From Candidatus Marinacidobacterales bacterium (lineage in GTDB: Bacteria > Acidobacteriota > Vicinamibacteria > Marinacidobacterales > SMYC01), in contig OZ250169.1 of assembly GCA_965237955.1 (NCBI GenBank), positions 2,592,001-2,656,000 of the forward strand: DNA of 64,000 bases, in the 5' to 3' direction. The position numbers and the translations under genes are program-made. Positions 52,107 to 62,188 of the stretch are shown one piece after another. Each line of letters begins with the position of its first letter. Positions within the stretch are counted from its first letter, which is position 1. The notes below the pieces were generated by a model. That model was not told the origin of the DNA. It did no database searches and saw nothing but the letters and a program-made list of their open reading frames with translations.

Positions 52107-54090
52107 ATGATGATGCGGTGGTTACTTGCAGTTCTCCTTTTGTCGGCAATCCAGACGCCCACACGCCATTGGCGGGAGCTTCTCGTTGTGCACGGGGACG
52201 ACGTACGCACGGAGCACTTAGAAACGCTCACGCGACGCTCGAACGTCACCTGGCTCGCGCGCGGCGTCCAAGGCCACTCGAGAGGACCTCGCGCGCGGCA
52301 ACGTGGTGCTCGCGGGAACCCTGCAGTCGAACCGCTTCATCCGCGAGCTCGCCCCAAATGATCTAGCCGGGTGGTACCGGCGACCTGGGCACGTCGTGCA
52401 GGTCGTGCGCCGGAACCCGATGAACCGCGACTACCGAATGGTCTTCGTCGTTGGCGAGATCGTGGAGCCAGTCCGACGCCGGCGAGCTGACGTGCACGTT
52501 CGGCGGGACGGCAAAACGGTCTTCCTCGGCTTCGAAGGTGACGACGGTGCGCTTCAGACGCGGCGGTTCGTGCTCGCGGAGACACCCGAGCTCGAAGTCG
52601 GAGGTTTCCGGTTCTTCGTGCACGGCTTCAACGCGCCGGACACCGAGCTGCGCCGTCTCGTCGTCGAGGATCAACGCGCGGACGTCCACGTTTACCTTAG
52701 CCTGGAAGAGAAGAGCTTGATTACGGACGATACTCGTTCGGCGCACGTTGAAGATGGCGTATTCCACATCGTGCTCGGCGTCGACGAGCGTCCGTCCCGG
52801 TTCATTGCCGAGAATCTAGTCGATGATGACGCGCCGCTTCTCGTGCGGCGCGGTCTCGCGGCCGTCGACGTCTACGACGCGAAAACCCTCGATCGATTGG
52901 ATGAGACCGCCAGGCGACTTCTTTCCACGACGAATCCGCCGTCGCTCGCCGAGCTTGCCGACGATGAACGTTTCCTAGCCGAGTCGCCGTTCGTGACCGA
53001 CGCATTGAGTGCGTCGTTTGCCCGTTTTGTCGGTGATCGCGAGTTCGACATCGCTCGGTTGGAGCGAGGCTGGTCGCGGTCGCTTGTGACGAAGGCGGCG
53101 CTCGAGTCGTCGTTGTCGCCGCCGAGCTCTTTCCAGCGGGGTGTCACCTACGCGCACATGGGCTACCAGATTTACAACGGCTATCTCTCGGAGCGAAGCG
53201 ATGATTCTCTGTCCAAGCTCGAAGTGCTGGGAATCGACGCCGTGGCCGTCGTGCCGTACGCGTTCATGCAAGACCCGAACAACATCGTGCCGCTCGACGT
53301 GCCCACCCGTGCCGGCTCCGAGACCGACGAGGATGTGATCCACGCCATCCGTCGCGCGCAAGCGCTGAGCATGACGGTGATGGTGAAGCCTCAAATCTGG
53401 GTGCGCCGCGGCTGGCCGGGCGACATCGATCCCGAGAGCGACGCCGACGAAGAGCGTTTCTTCCGCGAGTACCGTCACTGGATCCGGCACTACGCGCTCA
53501 TGGCCGAAGCCTACGATGTTCCTCTCCTCGCGATCGGAACCGAGCTCGAAAACCTAACGAAAGGCCACCGTGCGCGGTGGGAGTCGATCGTCGAAGATAT
53601 CCGTTGCGTTTATGGAGGGAAACTCGTCTACGCCGCCAATTGGGGCGACGAAGTCGAAAACGTCGACTTCTGGGATCTGCTCGACTACATCGGCGTCGAT
53701 TTCTACTACCCCCTGAGCTTCGAGGACCGGCCCAGCGACGAAGACCTGATGAAGGGCTTCGAGTCGGCGCTCGATCAAATCCGAAAGCTTCATGAGCGGT
53801 ACCAAAAACCCGTGCTGCTGACGGAGATCGGCTACGCGAGCACGAAAAGCCCGTGGAAGAGACCACACGCGAGCGACAAAGTGCGTGAGCTGGCTCCGGA
53901 AGATCAGGCCCGCGCGTACGCGATTGCGTTTCGAGCCCTCGAGGACGAAACCGATTGGATCCACGGCATGTATTGGTGGAAGTGGCCGACCAACCTGGAC
54001 CGCGGCGGACCCGAGCATCGAGGGTTTTCTCCGAACCGAAAACCCGCCGAAGAAGTCATACGCCGTTGGTACGGCTCTCGGCTACAATAG
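52107..54090 (+). pseudogene. Exported protein with C-terminal GH113-like glycoside hydrolase domain, frameshifted near 52240-52260
   Basis: Signal peptide in one frame; DLARGNVVLAG onward in the next; IGTEL, YAANW, IGVDFYYPL, LTEIGY motifs; frameshift may be a sequencing error. Confidence 0.78.
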
Positions 54091-54910
54091 GCGGCTTCGA
54101 ATCGCGCGCGAAGGGAGAAACCATGAAGTACCTAGCAATCGTATTGAGTGTTGCCCTGTCCAGCATGTCCGGCCTAGGCTGCTCGGACAATTCGGATTCG
54201 GATTACGTCGACGATATGGCCGAAGAGCACGCCGACGACACTCCGGAATCCAACGAAGCCTCGCAAGCGTCGCCGGCCGTCGACGTCGACACCGAGATGG
54301 TCGACTACGCGACCGTTAACGGTGAGACCGCAACCGGCTATTTGGCGCGACCTGCAGGCGTCGAGGGACCGCTCCCCGGCATCATCGTCATCCACGAATG
54401 GTGGGGCCTGAACGACAACGTCCGCTCGATGGCCGAGCAGCTCGCCGGCGAAGGCTATCAAGCGCTTGCCGTCGATCTCTACGGAGGAGAATCGGCAGAC
54501 ACTCGGGACGGCGCGATGGCTCTCATGTCGGCATCGATGGAGAACTCCGAAGGCCTGAAGGAGAATGTGACCCAAGCGTTCGCGTACCTGGAAGGCGACG
54601 GCCAGAAAGTCGGCACCATCGGATGGTGTTTCGGCGGCGGTTGGTCTCTCGCGACGGCGCTCGCGTTGCCGGAAGACGTCGACGCGACCGCCATCTACTA
54701 CGGCCGTCTCGTGACCGATCAGGATAAGCTGGCGCCACTACAGATGCCGATCCTCGGGTTCTTCGGCTCCGAAGACCAGGGTATTCCCGTAGATTCCGTG
54801 CATGCGTTCGAAACTTCGTTGAACGCACTCGGCAAGGACGCCGCTATTCACATTTATGAAGGAGCGGACCACGCGTTCGCGAACCCTTCGGGAAGGGACT
54901 TATACCGCTA

Positions 54911-56094
54911 GTCCCCTGGATCTTTAATTACTGTCCAAATTCGATTTGCCATGTGTATCGAGCGTTCGCTGGGCGAACCGAGCGATGGTTTCGAGGATTT
55001 GGTCGGCGGATTTCGTCCACTTGAACGGCTTTGGGTTCTCGTTGTGAGCATCGAGATAGTCTTGTATCGCAACGCGGAGCTGAGGCACGCTCGTGTGCGA
55101 GCCTCGTCGCAAGGCGTGTTCGGTGAGCAAGCCAAAGAAGCGCTCAGCGAAGTTGAGCCAAGAGGCGTGTGTCGGTGTGAAAGTGAAAGTGGAACCGAGG
55201 TCGCTTGGAAAGCCAGCGTTTGATCGCCGGTGTCTTGTGCGTGGCGAGATTGTCGAGCACGACGTGGATGTCCAACTCGCTGGGAACGGCTGCTTCGATC
55301 TCAGCGAGGAACTTCTTGAACTCTAGCGCTCGATGTCGCGCGTAGCACTTTCCGAAGACTTCACCTGTTGCGGCGTCGAGTGCGGCAAACAGGTCAGTCG
55401 TTCCATGCCGAATGTAGTCGTGGGTTTGTCGCTCGGGCTGGCCCAAGCTCATGGGCAGGACAGGTTGAGCACGCTCGAGCGCTTGAATCTGCGATTTCTC
55501 GTCGACGCACAGGACGACCGCGTTATCCGGTGGGTTCATATACAGGCCAACAACGTCGCGTACTTTTTCGACCAGTTGTGGGTCTTGCGAGAGACGAAAC
55601 GATTCCGAGCGGTGCGGTTGAAGCCCGAACGTTCGCCAAATACGTCCAATCGTCGAATGACTCAGCCCAAGATGCTTGGCCATCGAGCGCGTACTCCAAT
55701 GGGTTCTCCCCTTTGGAGTCGTCGCCAGCGTCTTGGTCACGACTTCCTCGATCTGGTCATCGCCGATTTTGCGAGCCGCTCTCGGCCGAGGTTCGTCGTA
55801 CAACCCTTCCATTCGTTGTTCTACAAAGCGTCTTCGCCACTTGCCCACCGTGCTCCTCATGGTGTGCATCTTCCTAGCAACTTCCATATTCGTCAGACCC
55901 GCCGCGCAATCCAGCACGATCTTCGCTCGGAAGGCTTGGTGCGGCGAACTACGGCTGCGTCGCGCCAGTCGCGTCAGCGCTTCGCTTTCTTGAGACGACA
56001 GCTTCAATTCGGCTTTTCGCCGGCCCTTGTGTTTCATGCATTTAGCAGATCACAGAAGTGCCAGTGTTGTCTAGCTTTTTCTGTTCCATGGGAC
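54911..56094 (-). mobile_element. IS630-family insertion sequence, copy 2 (1184 bp, inverted)
   Basis: Near-identical to 29912-31094; TA duplicated in a CTAG context. Confidence 0.95.
54924..56037 (-). pseudogene. IS630 transposase with a 1-bp insertion near 55181
   Basis: CACTTTCAC here vs CACTTCAC in copy 1; the ORF splits into 297-aa and 68-aa pieces. Confidence 0.9.
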
Positions 56095-56296
56095 TAGCTT
56101 GACAACCCCATAAGGGCGATAGTGGAACACGGAAGCCGCTAGGAAACAGGGAAATCCGCCGCCGCTACATGGCTGGGCTGCTGGCGCAGCCCACAGCGCC
56201 CGAACTCACCGAGGCCGGGCTCGTCCGGCTGTCTCCCAACGGGAGACACGATGACTTATTACGATCCACACCTCGTACCTAAGCAGTTGTAAATAA

Positions 56297-56449
56297 ATGA
56301 CTTGCTTAGAAAAACGCCCGCTACCACGCACCAAAAAAATCAAACCTAAGCCGCAGGACGGTGACGACGAGCGGAAGCGCAAGCGCAAGCGCCATGCCAA
56401 ATCCAGCCTCGCCGCCCACCGGAAGCGGTGGGCGCGTGTCAAGCCATAG
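56297..56449 (+). CDS. Possible 50-aa highly basic passenger peptide in the MITE
   Basis: MTCLEKRPLPRTKKIKPKPQDGDDERKRKRKRHAKSSLAAHRKRWARVKP; stop inside the right IR; no clear RBS. Confidence 0.3.
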   Translation: MTCLEKRPLPRTKKIKPKPQDGDDERKRKRKRHAKSSLAAHRKRWARVKP

Positions 56450-56551
56450 GTATAAGTCCCTTCGGGAAACGCCTACCAGGCCGAGCCGGCGAAAGACGCA
56501 TGGGAGAAAACGCTCACGTTCTTTGGAGCCCATCTGAAGAGCTCGAGCTAA

Positions 56552-57448
56552 CTACAACTGAGCGGGATCTCTAGCTCCTCCGAGCGTCGCCGCCAAGGCG
56601 GCGCCGAGGAGCGCTCCCACGACACCCGCGGAGGCGAGAACGCTCAAATCGTCCCGCGCGGGCCACTCCGTGTAGCGAAAAATCGTACTCCAGTACCAGA
56701 AGAATCCGCCGAGCCCACTGCCGACAATCCCGCCGGTGAACCCACCCACGAGCACACCCAAGACAGGCTCCCTCGCCTGTCGAAACGAGCGCCCGAACAT
56801 CCCTCCAACGAGTGCTCCCCCCATCCCTCCGACGAAGGCAAAGGGAATGCCGGAAGCTCCCCAAAGCGACGGAGGCGGTCCACCCGCGGCGAACGTACCG
56901 CCCACCACCGCCCCTATCGCAGCAGCGAAGGGCGCCAGCATTGCCGCGGCCGAGCGCAGCGGCGCCCAGTTGACGACGAAGCCGAGACGAAACGGCCACG
57001 AGCATACGAATCCGGCGGCGAGAGCGACGGCGAGAACGTTGAGAAACGGCCCCACCTCTTGACTGGCGTTCGACGCGAGCGTGAGCGAGACGCTCAAGAG
57101 CGCCCCGAGTTGAGCATCGCGGAGGTCGAACAGTGCCCCTCGACGCCACTTGCGGAGATCTCGCTCGAGGTCTTTCCACTCCTCGGTGGTCCGCTCGGGG
57201 CGGGTCCACTCGGGTGTCCTGTGCGTCGTAACCGGTTCGCCAGTACGAACACGAGCATCGTAAGCCGCGCGTTTCCTGCGATCGGATAGGACTTCGTAGG
57301 CGGCGACGACTTCCTTGAAACGCTCTTCCGAGTCGGGATCACCGGGGTTGTAGTCCGGATGGTAGCGCCGTGCAAGCCGGAGATAAGCACGCTTGATCTC
57401 ACGCTGCGACGCATACGGCTCGACCTCGAGGGTGTCGTACAGGGTCAT
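56552..57448 (-). CDS. J-domain membrane protein
   Basis: [28 protein letters not shown]; Gly-rich TM C-terminus. Confidence 0.9.
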   Translation of the reverse strand: MTLYDTLEVEPYASQREIKRAYLRLARRYHPDYNPGDPDSEERFKEVVAAYEVLSDRRKRAAYDARVRTGEPVTTHRTPEWTRPERTTEEWKDLERDLRKWRRGALFDLRDAQLGALLSVSLTLASNASQEVGPFLNVLAVALAAGFVCSWPFRLGFVVNWAPLRSAAAMLAPFAAAIGAVVGGTFAAGGPPPSLWGASGIPFAFVGGMGGALVGGMFGRSFRQAREPVLGVLVGGFTGGIVGSGLGGFFWYWSTIFRYTEWPARDDLSVLASAGVVGALLGAALAATLGGARDPAQL

Positions 57449-57531
57449 GAATTAGGAGAGTTTGCTATGCCATCAGAATGACATACCCTCGGGCGGCGTG
57501 GTAGCCTGAGCGTCCTCGAAGGGAGTTCGTT

Positions 57532-58752
57532 ATGACGACCAAAATGTCTCGACGTGGATTCATCGGTTCCGCGGCGACGGGCGCCGTTGGCGCTTCCCTG
57601 CTTTCCCCTCGACCGGCCCAAGCTGCGAGCTACGATCCCGTACCGCTCGACGACCCAATGAGTCTTTGGGATCTACCGACCCCGGCACTCGTCGTCGATG
57701 AAGAGGCTCTCGAGCACAACCTGGACAAGATGGCGAGCTTTTTTCGCGGCAAGAGCGCGAGGTTGCGTCCGCACGCGAAGACGCACAAGTGTCCCATCCT
57801 CGCGCGCAAGCAGCTCGATCGCGGTGCCCACGGCATTTGCACCGCGAAAGTGAGCGAGGCCGAAGTGATGGTCGATGCCGGTATCGGTAACGTGCTCATC
57901 ACGTCACCGGTCGTCACCAAAGAAAAGATTGTCCGGGTGGTAGCACTTGCTAAGAAGGCCTCCGACGTCGCCATGGTCGTCGACCAGGAACAGAACGTGC
58001 GCGACTTCAATGACGCCGCTGCCGCCGCGGGCACCACGCTGCAAGTGGTCGTTGGTCTCAACGTGATGAACCGCACCGGCATCGCCATGGGTGAGCCGGC
58101 GGTGAATCTCGTGAAGGCGATCCACGACGCGCCGGCGCTGAGATTCGGAGGCCTTCAGGCGTATGCCGGACACCTCCAGCACCAGAGCGGGTTCGAGTTT
58201 CGGCGTCAAGCCTCGAAAGAGGTGATGAGCCGGGCCGTGGAGCTCAAGGAGACTGTCGAGAAAGCGGGCTACGACGTTCCGGTGTTAACCGGTGGCGGTA
58301 CGGGTACGTACAACATCGACTCCGAAGTGGACGGCGTCGACGAGATGCAAGTGGGCTCGTACCTGTTCATGGATGTGAACTACCGGAAGATCGGCGGTAA
58401 AGAGGGCGCGATCTTCGACGACTTCCGTCCATCGCTCCTCGTTCTGTCGACGGCGATCAGCCAGCCCGCGCAAGGACGGATCACCATCGATGCCGGCCTC
58501 AAGTCGTTCGCCACCGACAGCGACTTACCGCAGCTTCGCGACATCCAGGGCGTTTCCTATCGCTGGGGCGGTGACGAGCACGGAATTCTGCAGTTCAAGA
58601 ACCCGAGTCGCAGGATCGAAGTCGGCGACAAGGTGCTCTTGATCGCGTCCCATTGCGATCCGACGGTAAACCTCTACGACCACTTCTATCCGTACCGGAA
58701 CGAAACCGTGACCGAGCTCTGGCCCATCGCCGCCCGCGGCCGGTCCCAGTAG
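57532..58752 (+). CDS. DSD1 / D-threonine aldolase family PLP enzyme with Tat signal
   Basis: SRRGFIG; LPTPAL, RPHAKTHK, GGGTGT, GSYLFMD, DEHG, HCDPTVN. Confidence 0.92.
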   Translation: MTTKMSRRGFIGSAATGAVGASLLSPRPAQAASYDPVPLDDPMSLWDLPTPALVVDEEALEHNLDKMASFFRGKSARLRPHAKTHKCPILARKQLDRGAHGICTAKVSEAEVMVDAGIGNVLITSPVVTKEKIVRVVALAKKASDVAMVVDQEQNVRDFNDAAAAAGTTLQVVVGLNVMNRTGIAMGEPAVNLVKAIHDAPALRFGGLQAYAGHLQHQSGFEFRRQASKEVMSRAVELKETVEKAGYDVPVLTGGGTGTYNIDSEVDGVDEMQVGSYLFMDVNYRKIGGKEGAIFDDFRPSLLVLSTAISQPAQGRITIDAGLKSFATDSDLPQLRDIQGVSYRWGGDEHGILQFKNPSRRIEVGDKVLLIASHCDPTVNLYDHFYPYRNETVTELWPIAARGRSQ

Positions 58753-58765
58753 GGACCGACGAGTA

Positions 58766-58790
58766 GCTGATGGCTGACGGCCGATGGCGG
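58766..58790. repeat. Heptamer tandem repeat (GCTGATG-type)
   Basis: gctgatg gctgacg gccgatg gcgg. Confidence 0.65.
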
Positions 58791-58809
58791 GTCTGCGCGT
58801 CAGTATTTT

Positions 58810-59634
58810 ATGAAATCGCTCCTTAGAAGCCCTCTCGTTCACTTCGTTGCGATCGGGACGGTCATCTTCGTGATGTACGGGCTACTCCGGGGCTCTGCCG
58901 TGAACGACAACCGCCGCATCGAAGTCGGTGAGCAGCAGATCGCGCGCTTGCGCGAGATGTGGATGGCTTCATGGAAGCGTCCGCCGACGGAGAGGGAGCT
59001 CGATGGGCTCATCGACAGCTTCATCCGCGAAGAGGTTCTCTATCGCGAAGCGCTCGCGATGGGTCTCGACCGCAACGACACCGTTGTCCGCAGGCGGTTG
59101 GCGCAGAAGATCGAGTTTCTCGCGGATGATCTCGCCACCCGGAGCGAGCCTTTGCCCGAGGAGCTCGAGCGCTTCCTCGAAGAGAACCTCGAGCGCTACC
59201 AGCTTCCCGCGCGGGTGAGCTTTTCTCACATCTATTTCAGCGTGGACCGTCGCGGCGAAGCTTGTGAGAGCGATGCCCTCGACGCGCTTCACAAGATGCG
59301 CGATGGCGCTTCGCCCGACGAGCACGGCGATCCGTTCATGCTGCAACGCGACTATCCTTCGCGTACCGAACGAGAAGTCGCCGAGCTCTTCGGCTCCGCG
59401 TTCGGGGAGGCGCTTCTCATGTTGAGCCCGGGAAGCTGGCAAGGTCCGGTGCCCTCGAGCTATGGACTCCACCTCGTGAACGTCCGCGAGCGTACTCCAT
59501 CGCGCACGCCCGAGCTCGCTGACGTCTCCGAGCGCGTCAAGAACGACTTTCTTGCCGAGCGTCGCCGGGCCGCGAACGAGGCGCTCGTCGAATCGCTGAA
59601 AGAGCGCTACCAGATCGTCGTCGACGGTCGCTGA
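58810..59634 (+). CDS. PpiC-type peptidyl-prolyl isomerase domain protein
   Basis: PLVHF, REEVLYREA..GLD..D.VVRRRL.QK, WQGPVPSSYGLHLV. Confidence 0.88.
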   Translation: MKSLLRSPLVHFVAIGTVIFVMYGLLRGSAVNDNRRIEVGEQQIARLREMWMASWKRPPTERELDGLIDSFIREEVLYREALAMGLDRNDTVVRRRLAQKIEFLADDLATRSEPLPEELERFLEENLERYQLPARVSFSHIYFSVDRRGEACESDALDALHKMRDGASPDEHGDPFMLQRDYPSRTEREVAELFGSAFGEALLMLSPGSWQGPVPSSYGLHLVNVRERTPSRTPELADVSERVKNDFLAERRRAANEALVESLKERYQIVVDGR

Positions 59635-59721
59635 CGCGATGAAAGAAAATCAATAAGAGCGCGATGTCCACGGAGTGAGCCTCGCCGTCGCCCTGCAGGG
59701 TTGATGTGAAAAGATAGAAGC

Positions 59722-60435
59722 ATGAGCCGGTTCGTCGTTGCTCTGTCCATCCTGTCCATGATGCTTCTCGGCGCGAGCGCGCCCGGCCAGGGGAAACTCG
59801 CTCCAGCCAGAGGTGTTTTCCTCGTTGCCAAGAACGAGATCGAGGGCGGCCCGTTCTACCAGAGCGTCGTGTTGCTGATCGCGCACAGCGAGAAGGGAAC
59901 CATCGGGCTCATCGTCAACCGCACGACGGAGATTCCACTGTCCGAAGCGCTCCCGGAGCTCGGCCGCGAAACGTCTCATGAGCTCTACTTTGGTGGTCCC
60001 GTCGAGCTGAGCGGGCTTTTGTACCTGTTCCGGAGTAGCGAGCCCCCCGAACACCCCGAACATTTTGACGACGCCGATCATGTGATGGGCGACGTGTACT
60101 ACAGCGGAGATCGAGAGCTACTCGAAGAGCTCATGGAAACCGACAAGAAGACAGACGAGCTCCATTTGTTCATCGGTCACTCGGGGTGGGCGCCGGGTCA
60201 GCTGGACGCGGAGCTCGTTCGTGGATCGTGGGACCTCTTGCGCGCGAACGCGTTCACGGTCTTCGGTAAGGATCCGGAGACGATGTGGCACGAGCTGTCG
60301 AAAGACAGCCGCGTCATCGCTCGTTCTTCACGACCTTCGCGTCCTTCGTCACGAAAACACGCGCCGAAGCGCGGTAATGTCGTCGAGCGGGTTGCCATCG
60401 ACGGCGATGAGCGACGTCTTCGCTCGAGCTCTTGA
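59722..60435 (+). CDS. YqgE/AlgH (DUF179) family protein
   Basis: FLVA, F..SVVLL..H...G.IGLIVNR, GGPV, GHSGWAPGQLDAE. Confidence 0.9.
   Translation: MSRFVVALSILSMMLLGASAPGQGKLAPARGVFLVAKNEIEGGPFYQSVVLLIAHSEKGTIGLIVNRTTEIPLSEALPELGRETSHELYFGGPVELSGLLYLFRSSEPPEHPEHFDDADHVMGDVYYSGDRELLEELMETDKKTDELHLFIGHSGWAPGQLDAELVRGSWDLLRANAFTVFGKDPETMWHELSKDSRVIARSSRPSRPSSRKHAPKRGNVVERVAIDGDERRLRSSS
60314..60411 (-). pseudogene. C-terminal remnant of an amidohydrolase-family gene
   Basis: LIAVDGNPLDDITALRRV then, after a frameshift, FVTKDAKVVKNER*. Confidence 0.7.
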
Positions 60436-60532
60436 GCTTCTCGACCCACTCCTTCACGGGTGCCTGCGCCATCGTCTAGCGGGACTCTAGCATGACGTGG
60501 ACCTCCCTTATAATAGTGCCTCTCCTGCCATT

Positions 60533-61750
60533 TCAGTGGATCCTCTCGAGGGTGAGACCGCCACAGTTTAGGTAGACGAGACTGATGAGAGCTTCGGCAG
60601 AGTGGAGTCCAAAGCTGCGGTGGCTCAGCAGCCTGATTTTGTTGTTCATTCCTTCGAGTCGGCCGTTGCTGAGTCTCCACGTGACCCACGCGATGACGCC
60701 ATCGAAGTGGCTGCTCATCTTCGCCGCGCGTTTGACGGGCTCTATCCTCGAGCTCATAGCGCGCCGCAGCCATCCTCGGAGAAACTTCTTGGCCCATGTC
60801 TCGGTTTTGTAGGTGTAGAGGTCCATGAAGTCGTCGCGCAGAAGCATGGCGCGGTAGAGGCGACGATTAGCTCGCACCTGCTCGCGGAGCACCCGTTTGT
60901 CTTTCGCGCTGCGGTTGTGTTTGGCCTTGAGAAGGGGAAACTTGGTGTTCTTGAGGTTGCGCCGGGCAGTCCCTTTGAGCTCGCGCACCAGCTCGCGCCG
61001 GGTCTTATCCACGGCCTCGTTCAGATGCTTGACGATGTGGAAGCGGTCAAAGATCACCCGTGCCTGAGGAGCCTTTTTGCCGACGACAGTTATGTACGGC
61101 TCCCACATGTCCATGCTGACCGCTTCGAGCTCCGCGGCTCTTTGTGGTCCGAGCTTGCGGAAAAACCGCAGCAGCGTCTTGGCCTTGCGCTCCTTTCCCG
61201 CCCAGACGACCCGGCCGCTGAGATGGTCTATTACCACTGTTAAGTACTTGTGGCGTTTGCGGTAGCTGATCTCGTCCATCCCAATCACCCGCAATCCATC
61301 GAGCTCGCGCCGCTCATCCCGCTGCTCGGCAACCACTCGCTGGATGATCCGTCGCACCGAACGCCACGTCACTCGGAAATAGTTCGCTACGGCGCTGACG
61401 TCCGTCCTCTGTGCCAGCCACGCTACCTCTTGTTCGAAGCTTTTGGTAAAGCGGCTTCCCTTGTCTGCCCAAGGCACCTTTTCTCTGACCACTCCACACC
61501 GCCGACATACCACTCGTCGGATCGAGTAGCGAAGATAGGTCCGGACTCCGAACAGGTCCAAGTGCCGCCAGTAGCGATTGTAGCGATCTTTGTTCTTGCG
61601 GACCTTTCGTCCGCAAATCCCGCACAGAGGCTTCCTCCTCCGTGGTACTACATCCACCACCACTCTGGCTTTGTCCGCCTGGAAGTGGAAACCTCGGACC
61701 CACAGGCCTTGCAATCCGATGAGCTTGTTGACTAACGTAGTAACGCGCAT
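60533..61750 (-). CDS. ISL3-family transposase
   Basis: CGIC...CRRC zinc finger, IGMDEISYRKRHKY, SMDMW, DRFH, SNGRLEGMNNKI. Confidence 0.95.
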   Translation of the reverse strand: MRVTTLVNKLIGLQGLWVRGFHFQADKARVVVDVVPRRRKPLCGICGRKVRKNKDRYNRYWRHLDLFGVRTYLRYSIRRVVCRRCGVVREKVPWADKGSRFTKSFEQEVAWLAQRTDVSAVANYFRVTWRSVRRIIQRVVAEQRDERRELDGLRVIGMDEISYRKRHKYLTVVIDHLSGRVVWAGKERKAKTLLRFFRKLGPQRAAELEAVSMDMWEPYITVVGKKAPQARVIFDRFHIVKHLNEAVDKTRRELVRELKGTARRNLKNTKFPLLKAKHNRSAKDKRVLREQVRANRRLYRAMLLRDDFMDLYTYKTETWAKKFLRGWLRRAMSSRIEPVKRAAKMSSHFDGVIAWVTWRLSNGRLEGMNNKIRLLSHRSFGLHSAEALISLVYLNCGGLTLERIH

Positions 61751-61875
61751 CGCGGGAACGCTCTTTTCTCTTTCGGGAAAAAAGATTCTAGCGTTCTCGC
61801 CGATGCGCATCTACACATGGCTTACCCTCTCAACCCACGGGCCTCACCAAATGCCACTGCCCCTCAGCGGGAGAC

Positions 61876-62188
61876 GAGGCTGTGGGAAACGCCCCCACGG
61901 TTCTGGTCGTTCAGACCTTGCTCACGACTGAGTTCTCTTCGAAGCCTGGAAGGGCGTTTTCCATAGCCTCCACTAATCGAGCCCCCCCTTCCTTATTCCA
62001 TATGAATTAATCTTTCTTGTATATATATCAGGAGGGGCCTGTGGGCGCTCGTGGGAAACGCGAAGCGTTTTCCAAGCGATTGTGGAAAACGCCGCTCCAC
62101 GTTTGTACGTGCTCACAACCTTTCCCTAAACGCCTCTCTCGCCCGGAGTTTCCGGCGTTTTCCACAATCGCGGCAGCGTCCATAGGCC
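61876..62188 (+). other. Two related multi-stem palindromic domains in the ISL3 5' non-coding region
   Basis: Stems 61876-61894/61952-61970, 62036-62049/62175-62188 and a perfect 19-bp 62076-62094/62153-62171; shared TGTGG(G/A)AAACGC motif. Confidence 0.75.

Larger units (their letters stand above)
54895..56460. mobile_element. Non-autonomous MITE-like element (380 bp without the nested IS630), IS1595-like ends
   Basis: IR GGGACTTATACCGCTAGCTTGACA vs GGGACTTATACCTATGGCTTGACA (21/24); 8-bp duplication TTCGGGAA at 54887-54894 and 56461-56468; family assignment is inferred. Confidence 0.9.
54123..56551 (+). pseudogene. Dienelactone hydrolase-family lipoprotein interrupted by a nested insertion
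   Basis: IHEWWGLN, GWCFGG, HAFANPSG; the C-terminus NAYQAEPAKDAWEKTLTFFGAHLKSSS resumes in frame at 56469. Confidence 0.93.

Noticed and set aside
31097-54908. Composite transposon bounded by the two IS630 copies
   Set aside because: The cargo is core genes, and copy 2 is an independent insertion into the MITE IR
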